Below are positions 39,732 to 51,005 of a DNA stretch of 64,000 nt, in pieces. The notes under the pieces are model-generated. The model was given only the letters and a program-made list of their open reading frames with translations, was not told the DNA's origin and did no database searches. The stretch comes from Betaproteobacteria bacterium. Its GTDB lineage: Bacteria > Pseudomonadota > Gammaproteobacteria > Burkholderiales > Rhodocyclaceae. The DNA lies in the NCBI GenBank assembly GCA_016720065.1, contig JADJXY010000002.1, positions 2,520,316 to 2,584,315 on the forward strand, given 5' to 3'. The translations under genes were made by a program, and so were the position numbers. How positions within the stretch are numbered: the stretch's first letter is position 1; each line of letters starts with the position of its first letter.

Positions 39732-40304
39732 ATGAAAAATACGCTGCGCCTCGCTCTCGCCACCGCCGGATTTGTCTGCACCCTGTCCGCCCAGGCCGCT
39801 CCCCAGTTTTTCAATGGCCACTATTACGATTACATCAACAACACCAGCGGCGGCTTCACGCAGGACGAAGCCCTGGCCGACGCGGCGGGCCGCAGCCACC
39901 TCGGCATGACCGGTTATGTCGCGACGGTGACCTCCCTGGCCGAGCAGAATTTCATTTTCAGTTCCGTGAGCAACCTCACCGCCTGGCTGGGCGGCAACGA
40001 CCGCGGCACCGAGGGCAGCTTCACCTGGGTCAATGGCCCCGAATCTGGCAGCGCCTTCGGCTTCACCTTCTGGTCGGGGGGCGAACCGAACGATTGCTGC
40101 AGCGGCGAAGACGACGTGGTCATCAACTGGGGGGGCGACGGCAGTTGGAACGACATCGGTCTGCCCTCCTTCCCTGATTACCGCGTGGGCTACATCATCG
40201 AATACAGCGGCACCCCTGTGAGCGTCCCGGAGCCGGGCGCCCTGGCTCTGGCCGGAATCGCCCTGGCCGGCCTTGGGAGCATGCGCCGCCGCCAGAAGCC
40301 CTGA
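39732..40304 (+). CDS. Secreted C-type lectin-like domain protein with PEP-CTERM sorting signal
   Basis: Signal peptide; lectin-like core (WLGGND...EG.F.W..G..........FW..GEPND); C-terminal VPEPGALALAGIALAGLGSMRRRQKP = PEP motif + TM + basic tail. Confidence 0.7.
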   Translation: MKNTLRLALATAGFVCTLSAQAAPQFFNGHYYDYINNTSGGFTQDEALADAAGRSHLGMTGYVATVTSLAEQNFIFSSVSNLTAWLGGNDRGTEGSFTWVNGPESGSAFGFTFWSGGEPNDCCSGEDDVVINWGGDGSWNDIGLPSFPDYRVGYIIEYSGTPVSVPEPGALALAGIALAGLGSMRRRQKP

Positions 40305-40312
40305 CCGGCACC

Positions 40313-40939
40313 TTGCCTGAAACGACAGTCCCGCTCCGGCGGGATTGTTTTTTGCGGCCTCCGGCGGTGATCCTCTACCTGCACGGCTTCTGCTCCTCCC
40401 CCGACTCCTGGAAGGCCCGCCTTTTGGCCCAGGCCTTTGCCGAGCGGGGTCTGGGCAATGATTTTCTCTGCCCGGCGCTCTCGCCCCTGCCTGCGGAGGC
40501 CATGGCCCTTGCGGAGTCTCTTCTCCGCACGGCCCCTCGCCCCGTGACCCTGGTGGGGAGTTCCCTGGGCGGACACTACGCCACCTGGCTGGCCGAAAAG
40601 CACGATCTGCGCGCAGTGCTCATCAACCCCGCCGTGGTCAGCCGCCTCGACCCCGCCCGCTTTCTGGGCGAGCACGCCAATTTCCACAGCGGCGAGCGCT
40701 TCAGCTTCACCGTGGCGCACGCCGCCCAACTGGCCGCCCAGTGCGTGGAGCATCCCGACCCTCGCCGTTACCTCCTGCTGGTCGAAACCGGCGACGAAGT
40801 TCTCGATTATCGGCAGGCGACGGAGCACTACGCCGGCTGCCACCAGATCGTCCTCCCCGGGGGCGATCACAGCTTCACGCAATTTCCCGGATTCATCACG
40901 CAAATCCTTGAGTTCGCTGGAGTTCGTGCCGGGATATAA
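40313..40939 (+). CDS. YqiA-like alpha/beta hydrolase esterase (UPF0227)
   Basis: LYLHGFCSSP...GSSLGGHYA nucleophile elbow; ~200 aa. Confidence 0.6.
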   Translation: MPETTVPLRRDCFLRPPAVILYLHGFCSSPDSWKARLLAQAFAERGLGNDFLCPALSPLPAEAMALAESLLRTAPRPVTLVGSSLGGHYATWLAEKHDLRAVLINPAVVSRLDPARFLGEHANFHSGERFSFTVAHAAQLAAQCVEHPDPRRYLLLVETGDEVLDYRQATEHYAGCHQIVLPGGDHSFTQFPGFITQILEFAGVRAGI

Positions 40940-40946
40940 TCCCGCG

Positions 40947-42848
40947 ATGCACGTATTGTTCGAAGACGAAGGAAGCTTCAAGACCGGCACCCTCCTGGCC
41001 GACAACGACACGTCGTTGCAGGTCGAGATGGCGTCGGGGAAGCGCAGCAAGATCAAGGCGGCGGCGGTGCTGCTGCGGTTCGACAAGCCCGGGGCGAGCG
41101 CGCTCCTCGAGCAGGCGGAACCGCTTGCCGCCGCAATGGAACCCGAATTCCTCTGGGAGTGCGTCAATGACGGCGAGTTTTCGTTTGTGGATTTTGCCCG
41201 CGACTACTACGGCCACGACCCTGCGCCGGTCGAAGCGTCGGCGGTGCTGCTTGCCCTCCAGGCAGCGCCCATCTACTTCCATCGCAAAGGCAAGGGCCGT
41301 TTCCGCAAGGCTCCTCCCGACATTCTCGCGGCTGCTCTGGCCGGTCTTGAAAAAAAGCGTCAGCAAGCGCTCACCATCGAGGGCTGGATCGGGGAACTGA
41401 AGGCCTTCCGCCTGCCGCCGGAAATAGGCGCCTTGAGCGACGCCCTGCTCTACGCCCCCGACCGCAACAAGCCGGAAACCAAGGCCTTCGAAGCCGCCTG
41501 CGCCGACACCGGCCTTTCCGCCGCCCAACTGCTGTTCAAGTGCGGCGCCATTTCCTCGGCCTACCACCTGCACTACAGGCGATTCCTGCACGAGCAGTTT
41601 CCCAGGGGAACCGGCTTCCCCGCCCTGGAAGCCCCTGCCGCCCCCGACGACCTGCCCCGGGCCGACGTACGCGCCTTTTCCATCGACGACGCCGAGACCA
41701 CCGAGATCGACGATGCCCTGTCGGTGACCCGGCTGCCCGGCATCGGCACCCGCATCGGCATCCACATCGCCGCCCCCGGCCTGGCCATAGCACACGGCTC
41801 CCCCCTGGACGGCGTGGCGCGGGCGCGCCTGTCCACCGTCTACATGCCCGGCAACAAGATCACCATGCTGCCCGACGCCGTGGTGCAGAACTACACCCTG
41901 GCCGGCGGCTGCGACTGCCCGGCGGTCTCGCTCTATCTGACGGTGAGCGAGTCCCTCGAAATCCTCAGCCACGAATCGCGCCTGGAGCGGGTGCCCATCG
42001 CCGCCAACCTGCGCCACCATGAAGTCGAACCCTGGTTCAACGCCGAGACCGTCGGCGGCCCCCTGCCCGACCAGCCCTTCAAGGACGAACTGCTGCACCT
42101 CTGGCACTTCGCCAACGCCTGCGAAGGCCGCCGCGGCAAGCCCTCGGCCACCCAGGGCATCAACGATTACAACTTCGCCATCCAGGGCGACCTGGGCAAC
42201 CCCGACGCCTGCACCGTCGACATCAGCGAAAGGAAGCGCGGCAGTCCCCTGGATAAATTGGTGGCGGAGCTGATGATCGTCGCCAATGCCACCTGGGGTG
42301 GCCTGCTGGCAGAAAAGAACATCGCCTGCCTGTACCGCGCCCAGACTCAGGGCAAGGTGCGCATGACCACTTCGCCGTTGCCCCACGAGGGCCTGGGCGT
42401 GCCGCAATACGCCTGGATGACCTCGCCGCTCCGCCGCTACTGCGACCTGGTCAATCAGTGGCAACTCATCGCCTGCCTCAAGGGGGAGACGCCGGCCTTT
42501 GCCCAGAAGTCCGCCGAACTCTTCGCCGCCCTGCGCGACTTCGAACTCACCTACGCTGCCTACGCCGAGTTCCAGCGCCTGATGGAGCGCTACTGGTGCC
42601 TGCGCTGGCTGCAGCAGCGCGCAGTCACGACCCTGGTCGCCACGGTGCGCCGCGAACAACTGGTCAAGCTCGACCACCTGCCGCTGCTGTTGCGGGTCGC
42701 CTCGCTGCCCGCCGATCTCCTTCCCGGACAGCAGGTTCTCCTGGCCATCGACACCCTGGACCTGCTGGGGCCAGAGCTCACTTGCCGCTTCGTCGAAATC
42801 CTGGCCGCCCGCAACGCCGCGGAAGCGGAGGAGGACGAGGAGCAATGA
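40947..42848 (+). CDS. RNB-domain exoribonuclease (RNase II/R family)
   Basis: RNB catalytic motifs (IDDAETTEIDDALS...), ~630 aa. The 13-codon upstream in-frame extension of the track ORF was rejected. Confidence 0.8.
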   Translation: MHVLFEDEGSFKTGTLLADNDTSLQVEMASGKRSKIKAAAVLLRFDKPGASALLEQAEPLAAAMEPEFLWECVNDGEFSFVDFARDYYGHDPAPVEASAVLLALQAAPIYFHRKGKGRFRKAPPDILAAALAGLEKKRQQALTIEGWIGELKAFRLPPEIGALSDALLYAPDRNKPETKAFEAACADTGLSAAQLLFKCGAISSAYHLHYRRFLHEQFPRGTGFPALEAPAAPDDLPRADVRAFSIDDAETTEIDDALSVTRLPGIGTRIGIHIAAPGLAIAHGSPLDGVARARLSTVYMPGNKITMLPDAVVQNYTLAGGCDCPAVSLYLTVSESLEILSHESRLERVPIAANLRHHEVEPWFNAETVGGPLPDQPFKDELLHLWHFANACEGRRGKPSATQGINDYNFAIQGDLGNPDACTVDISERKRGSPLDKLVAELMIVANATWGGLLAEKNIACLYRAQTQGKVRMTTSPLPHEGLGVPQYAWMTSPLRRYCDLVNQWQLIACLKGETPAFAQKSAELFAALRDFELTYAAYAEFQRLMERYWCLRWLQQRAVTTLVATVRREQLVKLDHLPLLLRVASLPADLLPGQQVLLAIDTLDLLGPELTCRFVEILAARNAAEAEEDEEQ

Positions 42849-43723
42849 GCGCCCTTCTGATCGCCTCGCCACCGCCCGCGGAGTCGCGGCGTCTGGCCCT
42901 GGCGATCGGGATTTCCCTGGCGCTGCACGCCGCGCTGCTCGCCTTGCACTTCCAGTTTCCCGAAGCCTCTCGCGCCGTGCGCGAGAAGGCCCTGGACATC
43001 ATCCTGGTCAATGCCAAGTCCGCTACCAAGCCCAAGGATCCCCAGGCCCTGGCTCAGAGCAATCTGGACGGCGGGGGCAACACCGACGAAAACCGCCGCG
43101 CCAAGACTCCCCTGCCGCCGACCCGGCAGCAGACCGCCGGCAGCGACGTGGAGCAGATGCAGCGCCGGGTGCAGGAACTGGAGGCGCGTCAGCAGCAACT
43201 GTTGAGCGAGGCCCGCACCCTGAGGAGCGCCACGGTGACGCCCCCCGGCGAGGAGCGCAACACGGCCCCCAACGCCACCGGCCTCGACCTGGTCGAAGCC
43301 GCCCGGGCCATGGCCCGCCTGGAAGGCGAAATCAGCAAGTCGGTGGACGAATACAGCAAGCGGCCCCGGCGGCGCTTCATCGGCGCCCGGGCCGAGGAAT
43401 ACCGTTTTGCCCAGTACATCGAGGATTGGCGCCAGAAGGTCGAGCGGGTCGGCACCCTCAACTACCCGGATGCAGCCCGCGGCAAACTCTACGGCTCCCT
43501 GGTCATGACGGTCTCTATCCTGGCCGACGGCAGCGTCGCACACATCGACATCAGCCGATCCTCCGGCCACAAGGTTCTCGATGACGCCGCACGGCGCATC
43601 GTCCAGATGGCCTCCCCCTACGCCGCCTTCCCGCCGGAAATCCGCCGCGATACCGACATCCTGGATGTGACGCGCATCTGGTACTTCACTCAGGGAGACA
43701 GCCTGGAGTCCAAGGCACGATGA
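42845..43723 (+). CDS. TonB-family C-terminal domain protein (energy transducer TonB-like)
   Basis: N-terminal TM anchor, Pro/Gln-rich spacer, C-terminal TonB-like domain (…YPDAARGKLYGSLVMTVSILADGSVAHIDISRSSGHKVLDDAARRIV…); start overlaps the RNB gene stop (ATGA). Confidence 0.6.
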   Translation: MSALLIASPPPAESRRLALAIGISLALHAALLALHFQFPEASRAVREKALDIILVNAKSATKPKDPQALAQSNLDGGGNTDENRRAKTPLPPTRQQTAGSDVEQMQRRVQELEARQQQLLSEARTLRSATVTPPGEERNTAPNATGLDLVEAARAMARLEGEISKSVDEYSKRPRRRFIGARAEEYRFAQYIEDWRQKVERVGTLNYPDAARGKLYGSLVMTVSILADGSVAHIDISRSSGHKVLDDAARRIVQMASPYAAFPPEIRRDTDILDVTRIWYFTQGDSLESKAR

Positions 43724-43746
43724 CCGACCGTTACGCCGTTTTTGGC

Positions 43747-43979
<233 letters not shown>

Positions 43980-44006
<27 letters not shown>

Positions 44007-44804
44007 AATCCCATCGGCCACTCCAAGTCGCCGGCCATCCACGCGGCTTTCGCCGCGCAGACGCACCAAGCCATCCGCTACGAGGCCATTCTTGCCCCCC
44101 TGGACGGCTTTGCCCGTGCCGTGGGCGAATTTGCGGCCACCGGCGGCCGCGGGGCCAATGTCACGGTGCCTTTCAAGGAGGAGGCGCACCGCCTTGCCAC
44201 CCGCCTTTCGCCCCGTGCCGTCCGGGCGGGGGCGGTCAATACGTTGAGCTTCGACGCCGAAGGCATCGCCGGGGACAACACCGACGGGGCCGGTCTGGTG
44301 GCCGACCTGCAGGGCAACCTGGGCTTTGCCCTGGCCGGCCGCCGCGTGCTCCTCCTGGGGGCGGGGGGCGCCGCCCGGGGCGTGGCCGGCCCCCTTCTCG
44401 ACGCGGGCGTCGCGCAACTCTTCATCGCCAATCGCAACCCCGTCCGGGCCCATGAACTGGCGCGGCTCTTCTCCCCCCACGGCGAGGTTTCCGGCCACGG
44501 GCTGGGCGAAATCCGGGGCAGTTTCGACCTGGTCATCAACGCCACGGCGGCGAGCCTGGCCGGAGAATCCCTCGCCCTTCCCCCCGGCAGCTATGCCCCC
44601 GGCGCCCTGGCCTACGACATGATGTACGGCCGCGACGAGACGCCCTTCCTCCTTGCCGCCCGCGCCCTGGGCGCCGCCCGGGGGGCCGACGGCCTGGGCA
44701 TGCTGGTCGAACAGGCGGCGGAGGCCTTCCTGCACTGGCGGGGCCTGCGTCCCGACACGGCTCCGGTCCTGGCCGACCTGCGCGCCCGGCTCGCCGCTGC
44801 ATGA
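43980..44804 (+). CDS. aroE: Shikimate dehydrogenase
   Basis: MTDRYAVFGNPIGHSKSP N-terminus, NTD motif, Rossmann GAGGAARG. Confidence 0.9.
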
Positions 44805-45496
44805 GGCGCCTGGGCCATGGGCTCAAGCTCGGCGTCCTGGGTGTCCTGGGCGTCGTCCTGATCTATCAGCTCTGGCTCCTGGGCTGGGTGCTCTTCTGGA
44901 GCCAGTTCAACCCGGGCAGCACGCGATTCATGGAAATCCGGCTGGCCGAACTGGGCCAGAAGCGCCCGGAAGCCCAGTTGCAGAAGGCCTGGGTGCCCTA
45001 CGAGCGCATTTCGCCCCATCTCAAACGGGCCATCATCGCGGCCGAGGACGCCAAGTTCGTCGATCACGAAGGCTTCGACTGGGAAGGCATCCAGAAGGCC
45101 CTGGAGAAGAACCAGAAAAGGGGCCGTATCGTCGCCGGCGGATCGACCATCACCCAACAACTGGCCAAGAACCTCTTCCTCTCCCCGCAGAAGTCCATGC
45201 TGCGCAAGGCCGAGGAAGCCGTGGTGACGCTGATGATCGAATCCTGCTGGAGCAAGCGGCGCATTTTCGAGGTGTACCTCAACGTCATCGAGTGGGGGAA
45301 CGGCGTTTTCGGCGCCGAGGCCGCCGCCCGCCACTATTTCGGCATTCCCGCCGCCCAGCTTGCGCCGGAACAGGCAGCGCGGCTGGCCGGCATGGTCCCC
45401 AACCCCCGCTTCTACGACCACAACCGCAATGCGCCCGGTCTCGGGCGCAAGGCAGCCATCATCCTGGCTCGCATGCCGGCCGCCGAATTGCCCTGA
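44801..45496 (+). CDS. mtgA: Monofunctional biosynthetic peptidoglycan transglycosylase
   Basis: GT51 motifs (EDAKFVDHEGFDWEGI; GGSTITQQLAKN); ATGA overlap with aroE stop. Confidence 0.9.
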   Translation: MRRLGHGLKLGVLGVLGVVLIYQLWLLGWVLFWSQFNPGSTRFMEIRLAELGQKRPEAQLQKAWVPYERISPHLKRAIIAAEDAKFVDHEGFDWEGIQKALEKNQKRGRIVAGGSTITQQLAKNLFLSPQKSMLRKAEEAVVTLMIESCWSKRRIFEVYLNVIEWGNGVFGAEAAARHYFGIPAAQLAPEQAARLAGMVPNPRFYDHNRNAPGLGRKAAIILARMPAAELP

Positions 45497-45557
45497 GCAT
45501 CGGCCCGGACGCCCCTGCGCCGGTGCTAGAATTCCGGCTCCCCAGCGGCGGCGCGCC

Positions 45558-47000
45558 ATGAGCGAAGACTCCCCCCTCACCGATACCGAAGACCTGCAGG
45601 AGCGCCTCGCCGAGGTGCAGTCCCTGCTTGCCCGGCACAAGCTGGTGGAGGATCTGGTGCATCGCCAGGAAATGCCCCAGCACGACCTGGTCGAAGGGCT
45701 GGTGCACCGCCAGAATCTGGTCGAACTGCAGAAGAAGCTGGAGCCCATGCATCCGGCCGACGTGGCCTACGTCCTGGAGGCCCTGCCGCCGGACGAGCGC
45801 CTCATCGCCTGGGATCTGGTCAAGGTCGAGCGGGAAGGGGAAATCCTGCTGGAAGTCTCGGACGCGGTCCGGGAAAGCCTCATCGACTCGATGGAGCGCA
45901 CCGAACTGGTGGCTGCCGCCGAGACCCTGGACACCGATGAACTGGCCGACCTGGCCCCTGACCTGCCCCAGGAAGTCATCGCCGACGTTTTCAAGTCCCT
46001 CTCGGTGGAGGAAAGGGAGCAACTGCGCTCGGCCATGTCCTACCCCGACGATTCGGTCGGCGCCATCATGGACTTCGACATGGTCACGGTGCGCGAGGAC
46101 GTGACCCTGGAAGTGGTCCTGCGCTACCTGCGCCTGTTCGACGAATTGCCCGACCACACCGACCAGCTTTTCGTGGTGGACCGGGAAGATCAGCTCAAGG
46201 GCGTGCTGCCCCTCAACATCCTGCTGGTCAATGACCCGGAGACCGAGGTCGGCACCCTGATGCAGACCGACTTCATCGAACTGGAACCCGACGATTTCGC
46301 CGAAGAAGCAGCCAAGGCCTTCGAACGCTACGATCTGGTCTCGGCACCCGTCGTCGATCCGGAAAGCAAGCTGGTCGGCCGGGTGACCGTCAATACCGTG
46401 GTGGATGTGATCCGCGAAGAGGCCGAAAGCGAACAACTGGCCCAGGCCGGCCTGAAGGAAGAGGAAGACATCTTCGCCTCGGTGTGGGATTCGGTGAAGA
46501 ACCGCTGGTCCTGGCTGGCCATCAACCTGGTCACCGCCTTCGTCGCCTCCCGCGTCATCGGCGCTTTCGAAGGCTCCATCGAAAAACTGGTGGCCCTGGC
46601 CGCCCTCATGCCCATCGTCGCCGGCATCGGCGGCAATTCGGGCAACCAGACCATCACCATGATCGTGCGCGCCATCGCCATGGGCCAGGTGCAGCCCGAC
46701 GCCGCCCGGCGACTGCTGCGCAAGGAACTGGGCGTCGCCCTCATCAACGGCCTGATCTGGGGCGGCCTTCTGGGCATCGCCGCCTGGTGGCTCTACGGCA
46801 GCTTGAAACTTGGCCTGGTCATGACCGCCGCCATGACCCTCAATCTCCTGCTCGCCGCCAGCGCCGGCGTCGGCATTCCCCTCCTGCGCCAACGCCTGGG
46901 CGCCGACCCGGCCGTGGGCGGCTCGGTCATGATCACCGCCCTCACCGACTCCGGCGGCTTCTTCATTTTCCTGGGGCTGGCGACACTCTTCCTAATGTGA
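45558..47000 (+). CDS. mgtE: Magnesium transporter MgtE
   Basis: N-domain, tandem CBS domains and C-terminal 5-TM MgtE domain (GIGGNSGNQ). Upstream in-frame extension rejected. Confidence 0.9.
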   Translation: MSEDSPLTDTEDLQERLAEVQSLLARHKLVEDLVHRQEMPQHDLVEGLVHRQNLVELQKKLEPMHPADVAYVLEALPPDERLIAWDLVKVEREGEILLEVSDAVRESLIDSMERTELVAAAETLDTDELADLAPDLPQEVIADVFKSLSVEEREQLRSAMSYPDDSVGAIMDFDMVTVREDVTLEVVLRYLRLFDELPDHTDQLFVVDREDQLKGVLPLNILLVNDPETEVGTLMQTDFIELEPDDFAEEAAKAFERYDLVSAPVVDPESKLVGRVTVNTVVDVIREEAESEQLAQAGLKEEEDIFASVWDSVKNRWSWLAINLVTAFVASRVIGAFEGSIEKLVALAALMPIVAGIGGNSGNQTITMIVRAIAMGQVQPDAARRLLRKELGVALINGLIWGGLLGIAAWWLYGSLKLGLVMTAAMTLNLLLAASAGVGIPLLRQRLGADPAVGGSVMITALTDSGGFFIFLGLATLFLM

Positions 47001-47330
47001 GGCGGGGGTCACCCATTTGAGCCCGACGATGCCGGCCACGATGAGGCCGATGCACACCAGCCGGGCCACTTCCCGGGATTCGCCGAACAGGGCCATGCCC
47101 AACAGGGCCGTGCCCACAGCGCCGATGCCGGTCCATACGGCGTAGGCGGTGCCCAGGGGCAGCACCTTCAAGGACCAGCCCAGCAGCACGACGCTGGCCA
47201 CCATGGCGGCCAGGGTGGCCACGCTGGGGCCGAGGCGGCTGAACCCCTCGCTGTATTTCAGGCCCACCGCCCAGCCGACTTCGCAAAGGCCGGCCAGGAA
47301 CAGAACGGCCCAGGCGGTGCCGCTGCTCAC
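46992..47330 (-). CDS. sugE: Small multidrug resistance family protein SugE (guanidinium/QAC exporter)
   Basis: ~112 aa, 4 TM, conserved Glu ([16 protein letters not shown]...) aligning to E. coli SugE; GTG start overlapping the hemL stop (GTGA). Confidence 0.8.
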   Translation of the reverse strand: MSSGTAWAVLFLAGLCEVGWAVGLKYSEGFSRLGPSVATLAAMVASVVLLGWSLKVLPLGTAYAVWTGIGAVGTALLGMALFGESREVARLVCIGLIVAGIVGLKWVTPASH

Positions 47331-48610
47331 TTGAAGGTGGCGAACCAGGCCTCCGCCGCCGCCACGGTGCCGGCAATGTCGGCGTCGCTGTGGGCCGCGG
47401 AGACGAAGCCCGCCTCGAAGGCCGAGGGGGCGAAGTAGTGCCCGGCGTCCAGCATGGCGTGGAAGAAGCGGTTGAAGGCTTCCTTGTCGCAAGCCAGCAC
47501 GGCATCGTAGGTGGCCGGGCAGGCTTCGGCGAAGTAGAGCCCGAACATGCCGCCGACGTTCTGGGCGGCGAAGGCGACGCCGTGCTTCCTGGCGGCTGCG
47601 ACCAGACCGTCGCACAGGGCCTTGGTCCTGGCGGTGAGGGCCTCGTAGAAGCCCGGCGCCTGGACCAGTTTGAGTGTGGCGAGGCCGGCGGCCACCGCCA
47701 CCGGATTGCCGGAAAGCGTACCCGCCTGATACACCGGCCCCAGGGGGGCGATCTTTTCCATGATCTCCCGCTTGCCGCCGAAGGCCCCCACCGGCATGCC
47801 GCCGCCGATGACCTTGCCGAAGGTGGACAGGTCCGGCGTGATGCCAAAGTGGCCCTGGGCGCTCTTCAGGCCGACGCGGAAACCGGTCATCACCTCGTCG
47901 AAGATGAGCACGGCGCCGTGTTGGGCGGTCAGCTCACGCATGGCCCTGAGGAATTCCGGCGCCGGGGCGATGAGGTTCATGTTGCCCACCACCGGCTCGA
48001 CGATCACCGCCGCGATGCGCGTGCCGTGGCCGGCGAAGGCGTCGGCCAGTTGCTGCGGGTCGTTGTACGCCAGCACCATCGTGTGCTGGGCGAGGTCGGC
48101 GGGGACGCCGCCGGAAGACGGGTTGCCGAAGGTGAGCGCCCCCGAGCCGGCCTTCACCAGAAGGCTGTCGGAATGGCCGTGGTAGCAGCCCTCGAACTTG
48201 ATGAGCAGGTCGCGGCCGGTGTAGCCCCGGGCCAGGCGGATGGCGCTCATGGTGGCCTCGGTGCCGGAGGAGACCAGGCGCACCATGTCCATGGACGGCA
48301 CCAGCGCGCAGAGCAGGTCGGCCATCTCCACCTCACGCTCGGTGGGGGCGCCGAAGGACAGGCCGTCGGCGGCCGCCTCGGTCACCGCCCGCAACACCTC
48401 CGGGTGGCCGTGGCCGAGGATCATGGGCCCCCAGGAGCCCACGTAGTCGGTGTACCACTTGCCGTCGGCGTCCTGCACCCGCGGCCCCTGGGCCTTCTGG
48501 AAGAAGCAGGGGGTGCCCCCCACCGAGCGGAAGGCGCGCACCGGCGAATTGACGCCGCCGGGGATGTGGCGCTGGGCGCGTTCAAAGAGTTGCTGGTTGC
48601 GGGAGCTCAT
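47327..48610 (-). CDS. hemL: Glutamate-1-semialdehyde 2,1-aminomutase
   Basis: [28 protein letters not shown]-terminus and PLP-lysine region typical of HemL; long upstream extension rejected. Confidence 0.95.
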   Translation of the reverse strand: MSSRNQQLFERAQRHIPGGVNSPVRAFRSVGGTPCFFQKAQGPRVQDADGKWYTDYVGSWGPMILGHGHPEVLRAVTEAAADGLSFGAPTEREVEMADLLCALVPSMDMVRLVSSGTEATMSAIRLARGYTGRDLLIKFEGCYHGHSDSLLVKAGSGALTFGNPSSGGVPADLAQHTMVLAYNDPQQLADAFAGHGTRIAAVIVEPVVGNMNLIAPAPEFLRAMRELTAQHGAVLIFDEVMTGFRVGLKSAQGHFGITPDLSTFGKVIGGGMPVGAFGGKREIMEKIAPLGPVYQAGTLSGNPVAVAAGLATLKLVQAPGFYEALTARTKALCDGLVAAARKHGVAFAAQNVGGMFGLYFAEACPATYDAVLACDKEAFNRFFHAMLDAGHYFAPSAFEAGFVSAAHSDADIAGTVAAAEAWFATFK

Positions 48611-49418
48611 GGGCGGTTTCCTCGAACAGGTGTTGATAGGCGGCTGCCCGGGCAGCAATGTCCTGGGCGGCGAAAAGATCGGTGATGACGGCCAGCAGGT
48701 CGGCGCCGGCGGCGATGACGGCCGGGGCGTTGTCCAGGGTGATGCCGCCGATGGCACAGGCGGGCGTCCCCAGTTCCTGCCGGGCGCGGGTGAAAAGTTC
48801 CAGGGGGGCAGCCTCCGCGGCGGGTTTGGTCGACGAGGGAAAGACGGCGCCGAAGGCGACGTAGTCGGCCCCCCGGGCCCGGGCTGCCAGCGCGAGGTCG
48901 TAGCGCCCATGGCAGGTGACGCCGACGATGGCGGTGGAACCCAGGCGACGGCGGGCGAAGGCGGCGTCGCCGTCCCCCTGGCCCAGATGGACGCCCGCCG
49001 CGCCCACGGCTGCGGCGAGTTCGAGGTCGTCATTGACGATCAGGGCGGCGCCGTACGCGCGGCACAGGGAAAGAAGCGCCTCGGCCCGCCGCCGGCGCTC
49101 CGGCGGCGCAGACCGCTTGTCGCGGTACTGCAGCCAGCGACAGCCCCCCAGGAGCGCCGCTTCCACTGCGACGAAAAGGCTCCCGGCGTCGGCCGACTCC
49201 GGCGTGATGGCGTAGAGGCCGCGCAGGGGAAGGACACGGCTCCCCGGCAACGGTGACGAGGCGCTCACTGGACGCCCCTCCTGTCCCTGCGGGACATCCT
49301 CCCCGAGGGAGGGTGCGCACGCCCTTCGGGCGGCCGAGCAGGCGCGCTGCGGACCGCCCTCCTGCCCCTGCCGGACATCCTCCCCGAGGGAGGGTGCGCG
49401 CACGCGCTCATGGCGCAT
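48582..49418 (-). CDS. thiE: Thiamine-phosphate synthase
   Basis: C-terminal ~215 aa matches ThiE ([10 protein letters not shown]...; [17 protein letters not shown]). N-terminal ~60 codons encoded by a tandem-repeat region; true start may be GTG near 49268. Confidence 0.7.
   Translation of the reverse strand: MRHERVRAPSLGEDVRQGQEGGPQRACSAARRACAPSLGEDVPQGQEGRPVSASSPLPGSRVLPLRGLYAITPESADAGSLFVAVEAALLGGCRWLQYRDKRSAPPERRRRAEALLSLCRAYGAALIVNDDLELAAAVGAAGVHLGQGDGDAAFARRRLGSTAIVGVTCHGRYDLALAARARGADYVAFGAVFPSSTKPAAEAAPLELFTRARQELGTPACAIGGITLDNAPAVIAAGADLLAVITDLFAAQDIAARAAAYQHLFEETAHELPQPATL
49283..49404. repeat. Tandem direct repeat (~40-bp unit x2) at the thiD-thiE junction
   Basis: ctg(c/g)ggacatcctccccgagggagggtgcgc(g)cacgc occurs at 49283-49322 and 49363-49404, giving a duplicated peptide segment ([13 protein letters not shown]) if translated. 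Confidence 0.7.
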
Positions 49419-50241
49419 CGGCCTCGGTGGCGGACGATCCGTCGTCCCGGGCCCAGAACAGGCGGTCCGGGACGAACTGGCCCATCCCCGGCCGGAAGGC
49501 GTTGGCCAATGTGCGCCAGGTGTAGTCCTGGGCGTCGCGCACGGCGTCCTCCAGGCTGGCACCTGAGGCGATGCAGGCGGCGATGGCCGAGGCCAGGGTG
49601 CACCCCGAACCGTGGTAGCTGCCCGGCAGGCGCTCCCAGACGTCGCGCCGCAGCAAACCGCCCTCGCCGTAGAGGCGATTGACGACCTGCAGGGTGTTTT
49701 CGTGCGTTCCGGTAATCAGCACATGCTGGGCGCCGTAGGCGATGAGGCGGCGTGCACATTCCGCGGCGTCGGGTTCGCTTTCATCGTCCCCCTCCGCCAG
49801 GCGGCGGGCTTCGGGCGCGTTGGGCGTCAGCAGCGTGGTCTGGGGCAGCAGCAGTTCCCGCAGCGCGGCGATCATGTCCTCCCCGGCCAGTTCGTCACCC
49901 CGCCCCGAAGCCAGCACGGGATCGAAAATCAGGGGCACATCCGGGTAATCGGAGACGATCTCGGCCACCGCCACCACGTTGGCCAGACTGCCCAGGACAC
50001 CGATCTTGAAAGCGGCCACCGGGACATCCTCCAGCACGCGGCGCGCCTGCCGCTCCAGAATGTCGGCATCGACGGGATGGACGCTCTCGACCCCGGCGGT
50101 GTCCTGCACCGTGACGGCCGTCACGGCGGTGAGGGGGTGGCAGCCAAGACTGGCCAGGGTCAGGATGTCGGCCTGCAAGCCGGCGCCGGAGCTGGGATCG
50201 CTGGCGGCGAAAACGAGAACGAGGGGAGGCGTGGGATTCAT
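49408..50241 (-). CDS. thiD: Hydroxymethylpyrimidine/phosphomethylpyrimidine kinase
   Basis: 277 aa; ribokinase-fold ThiD motifs ([19 protein letters not shown]; [12 protein letters not shown]). Confidence 0.85.
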   Translation of the reverse strand: MNPTPPLVLVFAASDPSSGAGLQADILTLASLGCHPLTAVTAVTVQDTAGVESVHPVDADILERQARRVLEDVPVAAFKIGVLGSLANVVAVAEIVSDYPDVPLIFDPVLASGRGDELAGEDMIAALRELLLPQTTLLTPNAPEARRLAEGDDESEPDAAECARRLIAYGAQHVLITGTHENTLQVVNRLYGEGGLLRRDVWERLPGSYHGSGCTLASAIAACIASGASLEDAVRDAQDYTWRTLANAFRPGMGQFVPDRLFWARDDGSSATEADAP

Positions 50242-50327
50242 TGCATTCGCCCGCTGGGCGTGCTGCCGGCGTGGTGCTTCCGACGCCGATTATTTAAGAT
50301 TGTGCCGATTTTAGCCGAAAACCCGGG

Positions 50328-50516
50328 GTGACCATGACCATCGACAGCGAACTCAAGACCTGGATGTGCCTGACCTGCGGCTTCGTCTACGACGAGGCGG
50401 CAGGAATGCCCCAGGAAGGCATTCCCCCCGGAACCCGCTGGGACGACATCCCCATGAACTGGGTGTGCCCGGAGTGCGGCGCACGGAAGAGCGATTTCGA
50501 GATGGTCGCCTTGTAG
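50328..50516 (+). CDS. Rubredoxin
   Basis: 62 aa with two CxxCG knuckles ([10 protein letters not shown]...[10 protein letters not shown]). Confidence 0.9.
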   Translation: MTMTIDSELKTWMCLTCGFVYDEAAGMPQEGIPPGTRWDDIPMNWVCPECGARKSDFEMVAL

Positions 50517-50580
50517 CTTGCCACCGACTTGGATAGTATGACGGCACGAAAAAGAGGGCGGACGCCCACAGGGGACAAAC

Positions 50581-50976
50581 TTGGCTGACGCGGTCAATCT
50601 GCGCGGCGTAAAGGTAATGGTGATTGACGACAGCAACACCATTCGCCGCAGCGCCGAAATCTTTCTGGTGCAGGCCGGCTGCCAGGTGGTGCTGGCAGAG
50701 GACGGGTTCGACGCCCTGGCCAAGATCGCCGACCACCAACCCAATGTCATTTTCTGCGACATCATGATGCCCCGTCTGGACGGCTACCAGACCTGCGCCC
50801 TCATCAAGAAGAACGCCCGCTTCAAAGCCACCCCGGTCATCATGTTGTCGTCCAAGGACGGCCTTTTCGACCGCGCCCGGGGCCGCATGGTCGGGTCGGA
50901 CCAGTACCTCACCAAGCCCTTCACCAAGGACAGCCTGTTGCAGACCGTCGCCGGATTCGCGACGGCGGCAGGCTGA
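50581..50976 (+). CDS. pilG: Twitching-motility response regulator PilG (CheY-like)
   Basis: Near-identical core to P. aeruginosa PilG (KVMVIDDS.TIRR.AE...DGFDALAKIAD..PN.IF.DIMMPRLDGYQTCALIK.N..FK.TPVIMLSSKDGLFD...GR.VGSDQYLTKPF). Confidence 0.85.
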   Translation: MADAVNLRGVKVMVIDDSNTIRRSAEIFLVQAGCQVVLAEDGFDALAKIADHQPNVIFCDIMMPRLDGYQTCALIKKNARFKATPVIMLSSKDGLFDRARGRMVGSDQYLTKPFTKDSLLQTVAGFATAAG

Positions 50977-51005
50977 GAACCATTCAGCAACTCACGGAGC
51001 ACAGC

